Below, one piece after another: positions 1 to 6,865 of a stretch of 64,000 bases of DNA. This stretch comes from a virus, in IMG/VR virus record IMGVR_UViG_3300016484_000310, positions 1 through 64,000 of that record. One strand, written 5' to 3'. The position numbers and the translations under genes are program-made. Position 1 is the first letter of the stretch, and each line of letters begins with the position of its first letter. The notes under the pieces are model-generated. The model searched no databases and was not told the origin of the DNA. It worked only from the letters and a program-made list of their open reading frames with translations.

Positions 1-50
1 ACTGCCTTGTAAGCAGAAGGTCGTGGGTTCGATCCCTACAGGCGGCACCA
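1..50 (+). tRNA. tRNA-Thr(UGU), 5' part cut by window edge
   Basis: Anticodon loop CTTGTAA (6-12). T arm GTGGG-TTCGATC-CCTAC. Acceptor 3' strand plus CCA ends at 50. Confidence 0.75.
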
Positions 51-63
51 CTCTTCTTTTGAT

Positions 64-138
64 ACCCAAGTAGGACAGCGGTAGTCCAACAGACTGTTAA
101 TCTGGGTGTCGCAGGTTCGAATCCTGCTGGATCCGCCA
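64..138 (+). tRNA. tRNA-Asn(GUU)-like gene whose acceptor stem does not pair (possible pseudo-tRNA)
   Basis: D arm GGAC-AGCGGTA-GTCC. Anticodon loop CTGTTAA (94-100). T arm GCAGG-TTCGAAT-CCTGC, then TGGATCC-G-CCA. The 7 nt in the canonical 5' acceptor position (ACCCAAG, 64-70) are not complementary to TGGATCC. Confidence 0.5.
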
Positions 139-164
139 ATTCTTCTTCTTGGTTTTGTGATAAT

Positions 165-241
165 CTGCGTGTAGCTCAGTGGATGAGAGCAGGGGCCTTC
201 TAAGCCCAAGGTCGGGGGTTCGAATCCCTCCACGCAGGCCA
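165..241 (+). tRNA. tRNA-Arg(UCU)
   Basis: Acceptor CTGCGTG/CACGCAG pairs perfectly. D arm GCTC-AGTGGATGA-GAGC. Anticodon loop CTTCTAA (197-203). T arm GGGGG-TTCGAAT-CCCTC. Ends in GCCA. Confidence 0.85.
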
Positions 242-569
242 GAACCAAGAGGATGAACCAGATGACTCACACTCTCTCAGCCCATGGAAGCATCCTTCTC
301 AACAGGAAGCTTGGAGGTAAATTTCCCCATCTGACAGTCTGTGCTGAGGCTTGGATCCTTGACTACAGGATGAGAATCTTCCTCTTGGATCTCCTGATGT
401 GGCTTCTCTTCAGAGAACACAACCACTGTCAGAACCAATACCTCAGATATGGAAGGAACCAAAATGCCATATGGAATGACGTGGGATAAGTTCAAACCAG
501 ATGGCTACTCCGGTAGCGATTGGCATGATGGACCCATCATCACCCCCCCTGAACCAAGGAAGAAACCAG

Positions 570-779
570 ATGAACGACTACGAGATGATGAACCAAAGGG
601 TAGACCAGCTCCGTCTGGAACTGGATCGACTGAACCAGAAGGAAGAAATGATCAAGCAACTCAAAGCTGATGTGATGATCGAACTCCTCGATACCCGTCG
701 TCAGATGACCTACGCTGACAGGATGATGATTTCCCGGAATTCTCTCATCGCCCAGAACAAGCCTCCCACCTTTACATGA
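570..779 (+). CDS. hypothetical coiled-coil protein
   Basis: SD-like AAGGAAG lies upstream of ATG 570. Heptad-like sequence NQRVDQLRLELDRLNQKEEMIKQLK. Alternative start at 501. Overlaps the frame-2 ORF 464..670. Confidence 0.45.
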   Translation: MNDYEMMNQRVDQLRLELDRLNQKEEMIKQLKADVMIELLDTRRQMTYADRMMISRNSLIAQNKPPTFT

Positions 780-785
780 AATGAA

Positions 786-827
786 GGAAGATGTTCCTAA
801 TTTTCTTCCAGACCCGGAACATCTTCC
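786..827 (+). promoter_or_regulatory. 12-bp perfect inverted repeat hairpin (terminator or regulatory)
   Basis: GGAAGATGTTCC (786-797) pairs with GGAACATCTTCC (816-827) around an 18-nt loop. It sits directly after the stop at 779. CGGAACATC recurs at 846-854. Confidence 0.5.
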
Positions 828-938
828 CTCTTCCAGCTTTCAGATCGGAACATCGTTCTGGTTTTCTGACCCAAGGAAGAACACCTGTTCCGATTTCAAA
901 ACTTGACAGACTTCTCCAAAAATCCGATCAACGAAGCA

Positions 939-953
939 GGCCCCGCCGGGGTC
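939..953 (+). promoter_or_regulatory. GC-rich hairpin with 6-bp stem and 3-nt loop
   Basis: GGCCCC-GCC-GGGGTC (one G.T pair) in a non-coding stretch about 90 nt upstream of ORF 1045. The geometry resembles N4 vRNAP hairpin promoters (5-7 bp stem, 3-nt loop). Function not shown. Confidence 0.3.
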
Positions 954-997
954 AAGGGGGCAAGCTTGGTCGAACTACGTCTGTAAACAGACCATTG

Positions 998-1028
998 CTT
1001 TTGGCCTGAACCGACCCCCGGCCAAAAG
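998..1028 (+). promoter_or_regulatory. 9-bp stem hairpin
   Basis: CTTTTGGCC (998-1006) pairs with GGCCAAAAG (1020-1028) around a 13-nt loop. Confidence 0.4.
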
Positions 1029-1044
1029 GGAAAAGGAACCCCCA

Positions 1045-1293
1045 ATGACGTATTCTCTCGACATTCAGAACCCTGGTGACTGGCTCTATGACACCTCATA
1101 CTGGTGCAAGTGTTCAGTCTGTGGAGAGAAGTTCTTTGGTCCCAAGAGAGCTTCCAAATGCTGGACTCATGAGTCTGAAACCATGAAGGAAGCTTGGGTT
1201 GCCTCCCATCAGGAACCCATGAATGCTCCTATGGAACCTACCCAGATGGAGTTTCCATTTGCTCGGTTTCCATCCTCGGGTCATTCAGACTAA
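1045..1293 (+). CDS. hypothetical small Cys-containing protein
   Basis: SD AAAGGAA upstream of the ATG. 82 aa with a CKCSVCG...C pattern. Confidence 0.5.
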   Translation: MTYSLDIQNPGDWLYDTSYWCKCSVCGEKFFGPKRASKCWTHESETMKEAWVASHQEPMNAPMEPTQMEFPFARFPSSGHSD

Positions 1294-1385
1294 TCCTCCT
1301 CCTCAGACTCCGCCCTTCGGGCTACGTCTTCGTCGTCGTCATAGTCTTCATTCCCCTCGGAAATCCGGGGAATAGACTAGACAAA

Positions 1386-1405
1386 CTGGACTTTGCTTAG
1401 TCCAG
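1386..1405 (+). promoter_or_regulatory. 7-bp stem hairpin
   Basis: CTGGACT-TTGCTT-AGTCCAG in the long non-coding region 1294-1722. Confidence 0.4.
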
Positions 1406-1425
1406 ATTTGACCCATAAGGGTCTG

Positions 1426-1443
1426 AAAAATTTGCAAATTTTT
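1426..1443 (+). promoter_or_regulatory. 18-bp perfect palindrome
   Basis: AAAAATTTGCAAATTTTT is self-complementary. Candidate operator or AT-rich unwinding site. Confidence 0.4.
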
Positions 1444-1461
1444 GGGGAATTTAGATAGGGA

Positions 1462-1539
1462 TAGAGAAGGTTGTCCTCCTTTAAGGGGACAGTTTTAGCC
1501 CAAATTTTGGCACCCCCCTCATCAGACTAGAGAAGGTTG
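1462..1539 (+). repeat. two copies of the 12-nt motif TAGAGAAGGTTG, 66 nt apart
   Basis: Copies at 1462-1473 and 1528-1539, both followed by a C/T-rich run. AGACTAGA also recurs at 1374 and 1524. Confidence 0.6.
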
Positions 1540-1660
1540 CTCCCCTCCCCTATCCTGATACCTACACCATGTAAGACCACCCCCCCGTCATTCCTGACCT
1601 ACACTTCATGTGCCCCCCGTCTCTTAACTGGATAGGGACACTCCCCTTGTCTGATGTTGC

Positions 1661-1671
1661 TCGCTTCGCTC
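1661..1671 (+). promoter_or_regulatory. TCGCTTCGCTC motif, copy 1
   Basis: Exact 11-mer located 62 nt upstream of ATG 1723. Confidence 0.5.
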
Positions 1672-1722
1672 ATCATGGCAGCAATCGTGCTGTCTGTTCA
1701 TCCTATGCAAGGGGATCACACT

Positions 1723-1983
1723 ATGGCTTCTGTTCTCGGCTCTCTCGCCAATGCACTGACCACCACCTTCGACACCATCGGTGATGTGGGTTCGGCTGTG
1801 CAGAAAACTGTTGGTATGGCAACCAACTACATCGACCGGCAGGCAACTGCTGCTGACATCGTTGGCATGGACTCCATCATCCTCTCCACCACGTTGGAGC
1901 TGGAGAAGATCGCTGCCGAACGGGAAGGCAACGCGAAACGCAAGGCTCTCTTCGACGAAGTGGCTCTTCGCTTCAAGAAGTGA
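1723..1983 (+). CDS. hypothetical protein (86 aa)
   Basis: SD AAGGGGA lies before ATG 1723. The longer ORF starting at 1654 would run through the promoter-like motif. Confidence 0.55.
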   Translation: MASVLGSLANALTTTFDTIGDVGSAVQKTVGMATNYIDRQATAADIVGMDSIILSTTLELEKIAAEREGNAKRKALFDEVALRFKK

Positions 1984-1992
1984 ACTCGCCTA

Positions 1993-2020
1993 CCTACGGT
2001 TGGAGCAATCCGACCGTAGG
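1993..2020 (+). terminator. 8-bp stem hairpin after the stop (no T-run)
   Basis: CCTACGGT (1993-2000) pairs with ACCGTAGG (2013-2020). Confidence 0.35.
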
Positions 2021-2053
2021 GAATTCCATCCATAGATAGCAACCGAGGTAGCT

Positions 2054-2182
2054 ATGTTCTCTGACAATCTGATCGAACGTCAACAAGCTCTGGCCCAACT
2101 TTTCGATGTTGGACTCTGGGCTTACCCAGTTGCTGTCATTGCTCTGGGAATTGCCTATTGGAAACTCAAGGAGTGGATCTGA
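2054..2182 (+). CDS. small membrane protein (42 aa, below the ORF-track cutoff)
   Basis: SD GAGGT, then ATG 2054. Hydrophobic segment LWAYPVAVIALGIAYW. Its stop overlaps the next start (TGATG). Confidence 0.45.
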   Translation: MFSDNLIERQQALAQLFDVGLWAYPVAVIALGIAYWKLKEWI

Positions 2183-2382
2183 TGCTGACACATCCTTCCA
2201 TGACCACAATCGCTACCATCCTCCAACCTGCTCGTGTGATGACTGTTCAAGACCTCATCGACTCGCTCAATGAGATCGCTGACAAGTCCACACCAGTTCA
2301 TTTGGAGAATGGAAACCCTGTCCACTACACCTGCTTTGGAATGAGCCAAGGTGGGAACAAATTCTTCATCGGAGTCATGTAG
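2182..2382 (+). CDS. hypothetical protein (66 aa)
   Basis: ATG 2182 is coupled to the upstream stop. Same frame as track ORF 2158..2382. Confidence 0.5.
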   Translation: MLTHPSMTTIATILQPARVMTVQDLIDSLNEIADKSTPVHLENGNPVHYTCFGMSQGGNKFFIGVM

Positions 2383-2386
2383 CACC

Positions 2387-2626
2387 ATGAACCTGCATCC
2401 TTACCGTTATGAGACTGTTCTAAACATTGGAGACCACAGCTATCTCGTCTCCTTCACTCCCAAATTCCAGACCATCTCGTATGTTCGCACAGACGGTGTG
2501 GATGCTGGAAAGTTCCAAGTCCGCAATGGCTGGATTGGCTCCAAAGAACCTGCTGACTTCATCCTTCATGATGAAATCGTTCAGGAAATCGAACATCAGA
2601 AGACCAAACTGATTGTTCGTCACTGA
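2387..2626 (+). CDS. hypothetical protein (79 aa)
   Basis: ATG 2387 lies 5 nt after the previous stop. Internal start of track ORF 2351..2626. Confidence 0.5.
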   Translation: MNLHPYRYETVLNIGDHSYLVSFTPKFQTISYVRTDGVDAGKFQVRNGWIGSKEPADFILHDEIVQEIEHQKTKLIVRH

Positions 2627-2647
2627 AGAGTAATCCTCTTCTTTTTG
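2625..2647 (+). terminator. small rho-independent terminator
   Basis: GAAGAG-TAATC-CTCTTC followed by TTTTT. Confidence 0.5.
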
Positions 2648-2675
2648 GTTGGTTTACCTACCAATCAGCGTCAAG

Positions 2676-2686
2676 TCGCTTCGCTC
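2676..2686 (+). promoter_or_regulatory. TCGCTTCGCTC motif, copy 2
   Basis: Exact 11-mer located 62 nt upstream of ATG 2738 (same spacing as copy 1). TTACCTAC at 2654-2661. Confidence 0.5.
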
Positions 2687-2737
2687 CTTCTGGGAATCAT
2701 CCCATCAACCTGCGTATCACCGTGAAAGGATCGCAAA

Positions 2738-3154
2738 ATGTCTATCGTTTCCAAAGCTTCGAAGGCCATCGCCACCACCCGTGGCAACAAGACCGAGACC
2801 GAAACCAGCGAGTTCGATGGTTTCTGGATCAACTGTGGCGTCTACATGGGCGAGGAAGATGCCGCCAAGTTCGTGCGTCTGCCCCGTGGGATCGCTGTGT
2901 CCGATCTGAAGCCGCGCAAGATCTATGAGACCATGGATCCCGAGTTCGCCGCTCAGGTCGAGATGATGAACGAGATGATTCTCGCCATCCAAGAGGCGTG
3001 CCTGACCGCCAACAACGGCAAGCCGCTGACCGAAGGCCAGTCGATCCCGATCCAACTGTCGGCTGTGCTCTACCGTCGTCAGGAAGAGGCCGAGGTCGTC
3101 CGCGACAAGGAGGTCTCGACCAGCGTCCGCAAGGCTCTGTTCGCCAAGGCGTAA
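2738..3154 (+). CDS. hypothetical early protein with strongly C/G-ending codons
   Basis: 138-aa ORF. Its codon third positions are mostly C/G, unlike its neighbours. Bracketed by the promoter-like motif and a strong terminator. Confidence 0.7.
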   Translation: MSIVSKASKAIATTRGNKTETETSEFDGFWINCGVYMGEEDAAKFVRLPRGIAVSDLKPRKIYETMDPEFAAQVEMMNEMILAIQEACLTANNGKPLTEGQSIPIQLSAVLYRRQEEAEVVRDKEVSTSVRKALFAKA

Positions 3155-3162
3155 GCTCTGGG

Positions 3163-3210
3163 AAGTTCTCCCTCTGGTTCCAACTCTGGAACTGGAGGGA
3201 GTTCTTTTTT
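3163..3210 (+). terminator. rho-independent terminator
   Basis: CTCCCTC (3168-3174) pairs with GAGGGAG (3195-3201). Inner GTTCCA/TGGAAC stem. Followed by TTTTTT (3205-3210). Confidence 0.8.
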
Positions 3211-3262
3211 CAGAGCTTCGGGGCTTTAGAAAAATAGTCATCCAGACTCCAGATTACCTACG

Positions 3263-3273
3263 TCGCTTCGCTC
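3263..3273 (+). promoter_or_regulatory. TCGCTTCGCTC motif, copy 3
   Basis: Exact 11-mer directly preceded by TTACCTAC (3254-3261). 100 nt upstream of ATG 3363. Confidence 0.45.
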
Positions 3274-3362
3274 CTTTTGCGTCAACTCATAATGATCAAC
3301 AACGTGAACTCTCGTTGTTGAAATAGTGATGGTTTTGGCGTGATTCACACTGGAGGATAACG

Positions 3363-3569
3363 ATGCTCACTGCTGATCAAAGGGCAATGATCCAAAATCT
3401 GAAACGTCTTTCCAAATCTGCCAAGAAAGCTCCTTGGCACCATGGTGGTCATCCGGGACGTGATGGCAAACAAGTCTACAAACTGGCCAAGCCTGAAGAG
3501 GATCTCATCATCCTCATGAGGAACTCTGTGGATGAGCTGATCAAGATCATTGAGGAGAACATCCAATGA
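3363..3569 (+). CDS. hypothetical protein (68 aa)
   Basis: SD GGAGGA before the ATG. ATGA overlap with the next ORF. Confidence 0.55.
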   Translation: MLTADQRAMIQNLKRLSKSAKKAPWHHGGHPGRDGKQVYKLAKPEEDLIILMRNSVDELIKIIEENIQ

Positions 3570-4078
3570 AACCACTACCATCCAAGCAAATTCTCTGTAG
3601 CCTCTTAGACTACAACCCTCTTTCTGGAGAACTGACTTGGAAACCAAGAGGAATAGCTAACTGGGATGCACGATTTGCAAACAAAACAGCATTCACAGCC
3701 AATGATGGTCTTGGTTACAAGTGTGGGACTCTACTTGGAGAAAACTACAAAGCACACCAGATCATCTGGGCAATGATCCATGGAACATATCCAGAAGAGA
3801 TTGACCACATAGATCATGATCGGTCTAACAACCGATTAGACAATCTTCGAGAAGCAACTTCTCAGACCAATCGAAAGAACCAAACCAAACGCTTGGATAA
3901 TACTTCAGGCCATACTGGTGTTGTTCGAAGTAAAAACAAGAAAAAATGGATCGCACAGATTCATGATGGATCCAAGGTTGTCTACCTTGGGACTTTCGAG
4001 ACTCTTGAGGCAGCTATTGATGCAAGAAAAGCTGCTGAAAAACTCTACAACTATCACCCCAACCATGGAGCATCTTGA
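3566..4078 (+). CDS. free-standing HNH homing endonuclease with AP2-type DNA-binding domain
   Basis: HNH core EIDHIDHDRSNNRLDNLREATSQTNRKN, followed by an AP2-like segment NTSGHTGV...W.A.I...G..V.LG.F.T.EEA. Paralogue of 9261..9791. Confidence 0.8.
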   Translation: MKPLPSKQILCSLLDYNPLSGELTWKPRGIANWDARFANKTAFTANDGLGYKCGTLLGENYKAHQIIWAMIHGTYPEEIDHIDHDRSNNRLDNLREATSQTNRKNQTKRLDNTSGHTGVVRSKNKKKWIAQIHDGSKVVYLGTFETLEAAIDARKAAEKLYNYHPNHGAS

Positions 4079-4884
4079 TGAAACTGCCCACTAAGCAGAC
4101 CCAGAAAGATCTTGAGGACATCTACAATAAATGGAACCTCATGAAGATCCTTCGGAGTGAGTTTGAAACCATCGTGGATGAGAAGATTGCTGAAAAAGGT
4201 GTGGAACCTGCAATGGCGATTGATGCCCTCTGCCAGATGTATCTCCATCGTCAGGCTGATCCTGCGACTCTGGTTGGGATCCTCAGCCCCAAATACGGTG
4301 AACCCCAAGCAGTGGCTGACAAGCTGCTGATCCTCGTAGAAATGGACTTCTTCGACTTCAATGAAGACATGGATCGCTTCACTGTGACCTATGATCTTTC
4401 GGATGATGTCAAAGAGATGCTGGACCGCTTCCAGTTCCCTCTTCCGATGGTGGTTCAACCTCTGCCCATCAAAGACAACTTCGACACTGGCTACCTTGGA
4501 ATGAGAGGTCTTCTGGTCCTGAATGGATCTGAATACTTCGAAGACAAGGATCTGTGTCTGGATCACCTGAACAGGGCCAATCGTGTGGCTCTTGCCATGA
4601 ATTTCGATGTGATCAACTCGGATCAGGGCAAGTTCGTGAAACCTGTTCGTCAGGTGGGCGAAGACTTCGATGAGTATCGCAAGAGACTCAAACAGGCAGA
4701 GCAGTTCTACCAGACCTCGATCATCGTCATGGAGCAGATCAACCAGCTCAGTGATGAGATCTACCTCACTCACAAATACGACCGTCGTGGTCGTGTTTAT
4801 GCTTCTGGCTACCACATCAACACCCAAGGGGATGACTACAGGAAAGCTGTTCTCACCTTGGCCAACAAGGAGGTTCTGAAGTAA
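4075..4884 (+). CDS. N4 gp15-like RNA polymerase II small subunit (RNAP1)
   Basis: 269 aa. The T7-RNAP T/DxxGR motif appears as YDRRGRVYASGYHINTQGDDYRK (about 4777-4845). The size matches what I recall for N4 gp15. Confidence 0.8.
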   Translation: MMKLPTKQTQKDLEDIYNKWNLMKILRSEFETIVDEKIAEKGVEPAMAIDALCQMYLHRQADPATLVGILSPKYGEPQAVADKLLILVEMDFFDFNEDMDRFTVTYDLSDDVKEMLDRFQFPLPMVVQPLPIKDNFDTGYLGMRGLLVLNGSEYFEDKDLCLDHLNRANRVALAMNFDVINSDQGKFVKPVRQVGEDFDEYRKRLKQAEQFYQTSIIVMEQINQLSDEIYLTHKYDRRGRVYASGYHINTQGDDYRKAVLTLANKEVLK

Positions 4885-5168
4885 TGGAATTCATCATCGT
4901 TACAGAGACCATCATCCTCTTCTCCATGGTTCTCTGGTTCATCAGACGCAAACGAGAAGAAAATTTCATCCAGAAGAGAAACGAGATCTGGAACGAAGAG
5001 AACTACAAGAATCAGGTTCGCCGTCTGAAAGCCATCAGAAATAGGTGCAACAAATACCTCGATTCTGTGCCTACCAAACTCCAGACACCTGATCGTCAGA
5101 TCCTCGTCACCTATGAGGATCTTGTCATGATCTGGCATGGGACACATCACATCGAAGACTATCTCTGA
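4884..5168 (+). CDS. hypothetical membrane-anchored protein
   Basis: TAATG overlap. N-terminal TM segment IIVTETIILFSMVLWFI. Confidence 0.5.
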   Translation: MEFIIVTETIILFSMVLWFIRRKREENFIQKRNEIWNEENYKNQVRRLKAIRNRCNKYLDSVPTKLQTPDRQILVTYEDLVMIWHGTHHIEDYL

Positions 5169-5179
5169 AAGGATAGACA

Positions 5180-5401
5180 ATGGATTTCTGGACCATCATG
5201 TTGATCACCATCCTGTCTGGACCTTTGGAAGATACTCAGATGGGATTGGTCTATCCTTCTGAACAAGCCTGCTATGAGGCTGTGAACCAAGTGACTGACA
5301 CTCTGCCCTATGACTATAAGGTTGAGTGTGAAGTTTCAGTCAGTGTTTCAAGCACCATCCGCCCAAGGCCAAGACCTCAACGCAACTCTCAGGAGAACTG
5401 A
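5180..5401 (+). CDS. hypothetical protein with N-terminal hydrophobic segment
   Basis: SD AAGGA before the ATG. 73 aa. Confidence 0.5.
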   Translation: MDFWTIMLITILSGPLEDTQMGLVYPSEQACYEAVNQVTDTLPYDYKVECEVSVSVSSTIRPRPRPQRNSQEN

Positions 5402-5402
5402 A

Positions 5403-5624
5403 GTGACTCAGAACAACAAACTCTTCCACTGGATGGGTCCGAAGAAAGTCGTCTGGATTCCTGAGAAGGACATCAAATACTACAGCTCCCCCGAAGAAGC
5501 AGGGTTCTTGGTTGGTGTTCCCTTTCTGGTTCAACATGTAACCCATGGAACGTGGTCCAAAGGTGTCCGTCGTAAAGACATGACCATTGAATGGACTCAA
5601 GTCATCATCATCAAGGAGAACTGA
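5403..5624 (+). CDS. hypothetical protein (GTG start)
   Basis: SD AGGAGA 6 nt before GTG 5403. Internal start of track ORF 5310..5624. Confidence 0.45.
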   Translation: MTQNNKLFHWMGPKKVVWIPEKDIKYYSSPEEAGFLVGVPFLVQHVTHGTWSKGVRRKDMTIEWTQVIIIKEN

Positions 5625-5625
5625 A

Positions 5626-6177
5626 ATGGATCCCATCTACCTGCACAACTGGGACTCGAAGGAAGACATGATTGCTTCCTTTGAAGACGTATACGACAAG
5701 GACGAACTGACCCAAGAGCAGAAGGACAAGTATGCTCATGTGGATGTCCTGCTGGCCAGCTATGGCTGTGGCAACTACATTGGGGATGCCTTCGTTCTGT
5801 TCCGCAACACCAAGGACGGACAGCTCTATGAGAACCATGGGAGCCACTGCTCCTGCTATGGTCTGGAGAACCAGTGGGGTGAAGAATCCACCACCATCGA
5901 GAGTCTTCGGAAGCGTGTGAACGAAGGATCTCTGGGATCTGATGACTACAGCGACAACGTGTTCAAAGACGAACTCATCAAGGTTCTCGATGAACTCGAA
6001 GGCATCAAGCCCATGGTTCGCTGGGTGAAGGTTCCTGCTCCCGGAGAGATGAAGGGTGAAGGCACTTGGAAGAAATTCAACGATGTCTGGCCCGGTGGAA
6101 CCCATTGGGATGACCTCGTGGATACCAAGTTCCTTCCCACCAAGGAACTCGCTGAGGGAGAGACTCCCAGTGACTGA
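5626..6177 (+). CDS. hypothetical protein (183 aa)
   Basis: SD AAGGAGA before ATG 5626. Internal start of track ORF 5587..6177. Confidence 0.6.
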   Translation: MDPIYLHNWDSKEDMIASFEDVYDKDELTQEQKDKYAHVDVLLASYGCGNYIGDAFVLFRNTKDGQLYENHGSHCSCYGLENQWGEESTTIESLRKRVNEGSLGSDDYSDNVFKDELIKVLDELEGIKPMVRWVKVPAPGEMKGEGTWKKFNDVWPGGTHWDDLVDTKFLPTKELAEGETPSD

Positions 6178-6328
6178 CAAGAAACCCATCCTATGTGGTG
6201 GGTGTGGGGCAACCAAGAACGAAGATCGTTGTCTTGGTTGCTTCCACGACTTCGGAACCCCTGACTCCCAATGGGTTCACAAGTATACCCAACCACCGAA
6301 ACCAGCGAAGTTCTATTCGCTCGACTGA
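6170..6328 (+). CDS. small Cys-rich (zinc-ribbon-like) protein
   Basis: SD GAGGGAGAG, then GTG 6170. Contains CGGCG...CLGC. 52 aa. Confidence 0.4.
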   Translation: MTDKKPILCGGCGATKNEDRCLGCFHDFGTPDSQWVHKYTQPPKPAKFYSLD

Positions 6329-6338
6329 GGAACAGCCT

Positions 6339-6632
6339 ATGGCTTGGTTCAACAAATACTATCGGTGTCCTTGTGGACAACTTTGGCAAGATGAGTGGGA
6401 CTGCCTCTGCAATGATCGCTGTCCTGCTTGCAATACTGAGTGTGAACCCTACGATCATGCTGAGATCGACGAAGGTTCACTGACTGGGGATGAGAAAACA
6501 ATGACCATCCTCCTGATCAGAAAGGACTCCCTCAATGCAGAAGGAAGACGATTCTTCAACCTCCCGGAAAACGGGAGTGACCATCGTGATGGGATCTCGG
6601 GCACTGACAACCCAAGAGATCTCACCTCTTGA
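6339..6632 (+). CDS. Cys-rich hypothetical protein
   Basis: SD GAGGAA before ATG 6339. Contains CPCG...CLCNDRCPACNTEC. Confidence 0.5.
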   Translation: MAWFNKYYRCPCGQLWQDEWDCLCNDRCPACNTECEPYDHAEIDEGSLTGDEKTMTILLIRKDSLNAEGRRFFNLPENGSDHRDGISGTDNPRDLTS

Positions 6633-6688
6633 CAGGAGATTCTTCGCATGGATGGCTTACCTCGTGAACCAATTCCGAGGGAATTCAA

Positions 6689-6856
6689 GTGCCTGACATC
6701 ACTGCAAGAGTCGTGCTGATCTTCCAGCATCCCAAGTCCACTGAAGAAAAACCGATCTTTGTTGGAGTGACGATTCCTTGGCTCATGGAGCATGGTCGTC
6801 CTCTGACAAGTAAGGGGAAAGAGTGGATCTTCCATTCAACTGAAATCATCCAATAG
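6689..6856 (+). CDS. hypothetical protein (55 aa, below the ORF-track cutoff)
   Basis: SD GAGGGA 6 nt before GTG 6689. Hand translation VPDITARVVLIFQHPKSTEEKPIFVGVTIPWLMEHGRPLTSKGKEWIFHSTEIIQ. The stop is followed by the SD of the next gene. Confidence 0.45.
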   Translation: MPDITARVVLIFQHPKSTEEKPIFVGVTIPWLMEHGRPLTSKGKEWIFHSTEIIQ

Positions 6857-6865
6857 GAGCTTGAG

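Noticed and set aside
1-241. The tRNA cluster as a prophage attachment or integration module
   Set aside because: No integrase, excisionase or repressor is present in the window. The gene content is that of a strictly lytic N4-like phage. The tRNAs are better explained as phage-encoded.
36-248. 70-aa ORF on the - strand
   Set aside because: It lies entirely across the three tRNA genes. No SD is present. It is an artefact of the structured, GC-rich tRNA sequence.
253-495. ORFs 253..489 (+) and 277..495 (-) just after the tRNAs
   Set aside because: Neither has a convincing SD or a protein-like composition. I could not decide whether this 220-bp stretch is coding, so it is left unannotated.
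791-1099. ORFs 791..1009 (+) and 896..1099 (-)
   Set aside because: The region is dominated by inverted repeats. The translations are Arg/Ser/Pro-rich with no SD, so I treat it as non-coding.
1654-1722. Upstream start for ORF 1654..1983
   Set aside because: It has no SD and it overlaps the TCGCTTCGCTC promoter-like motif. ATG 1723 has SD AAGGGGA and the same 62-nt motif spacing as the gene at 2738.
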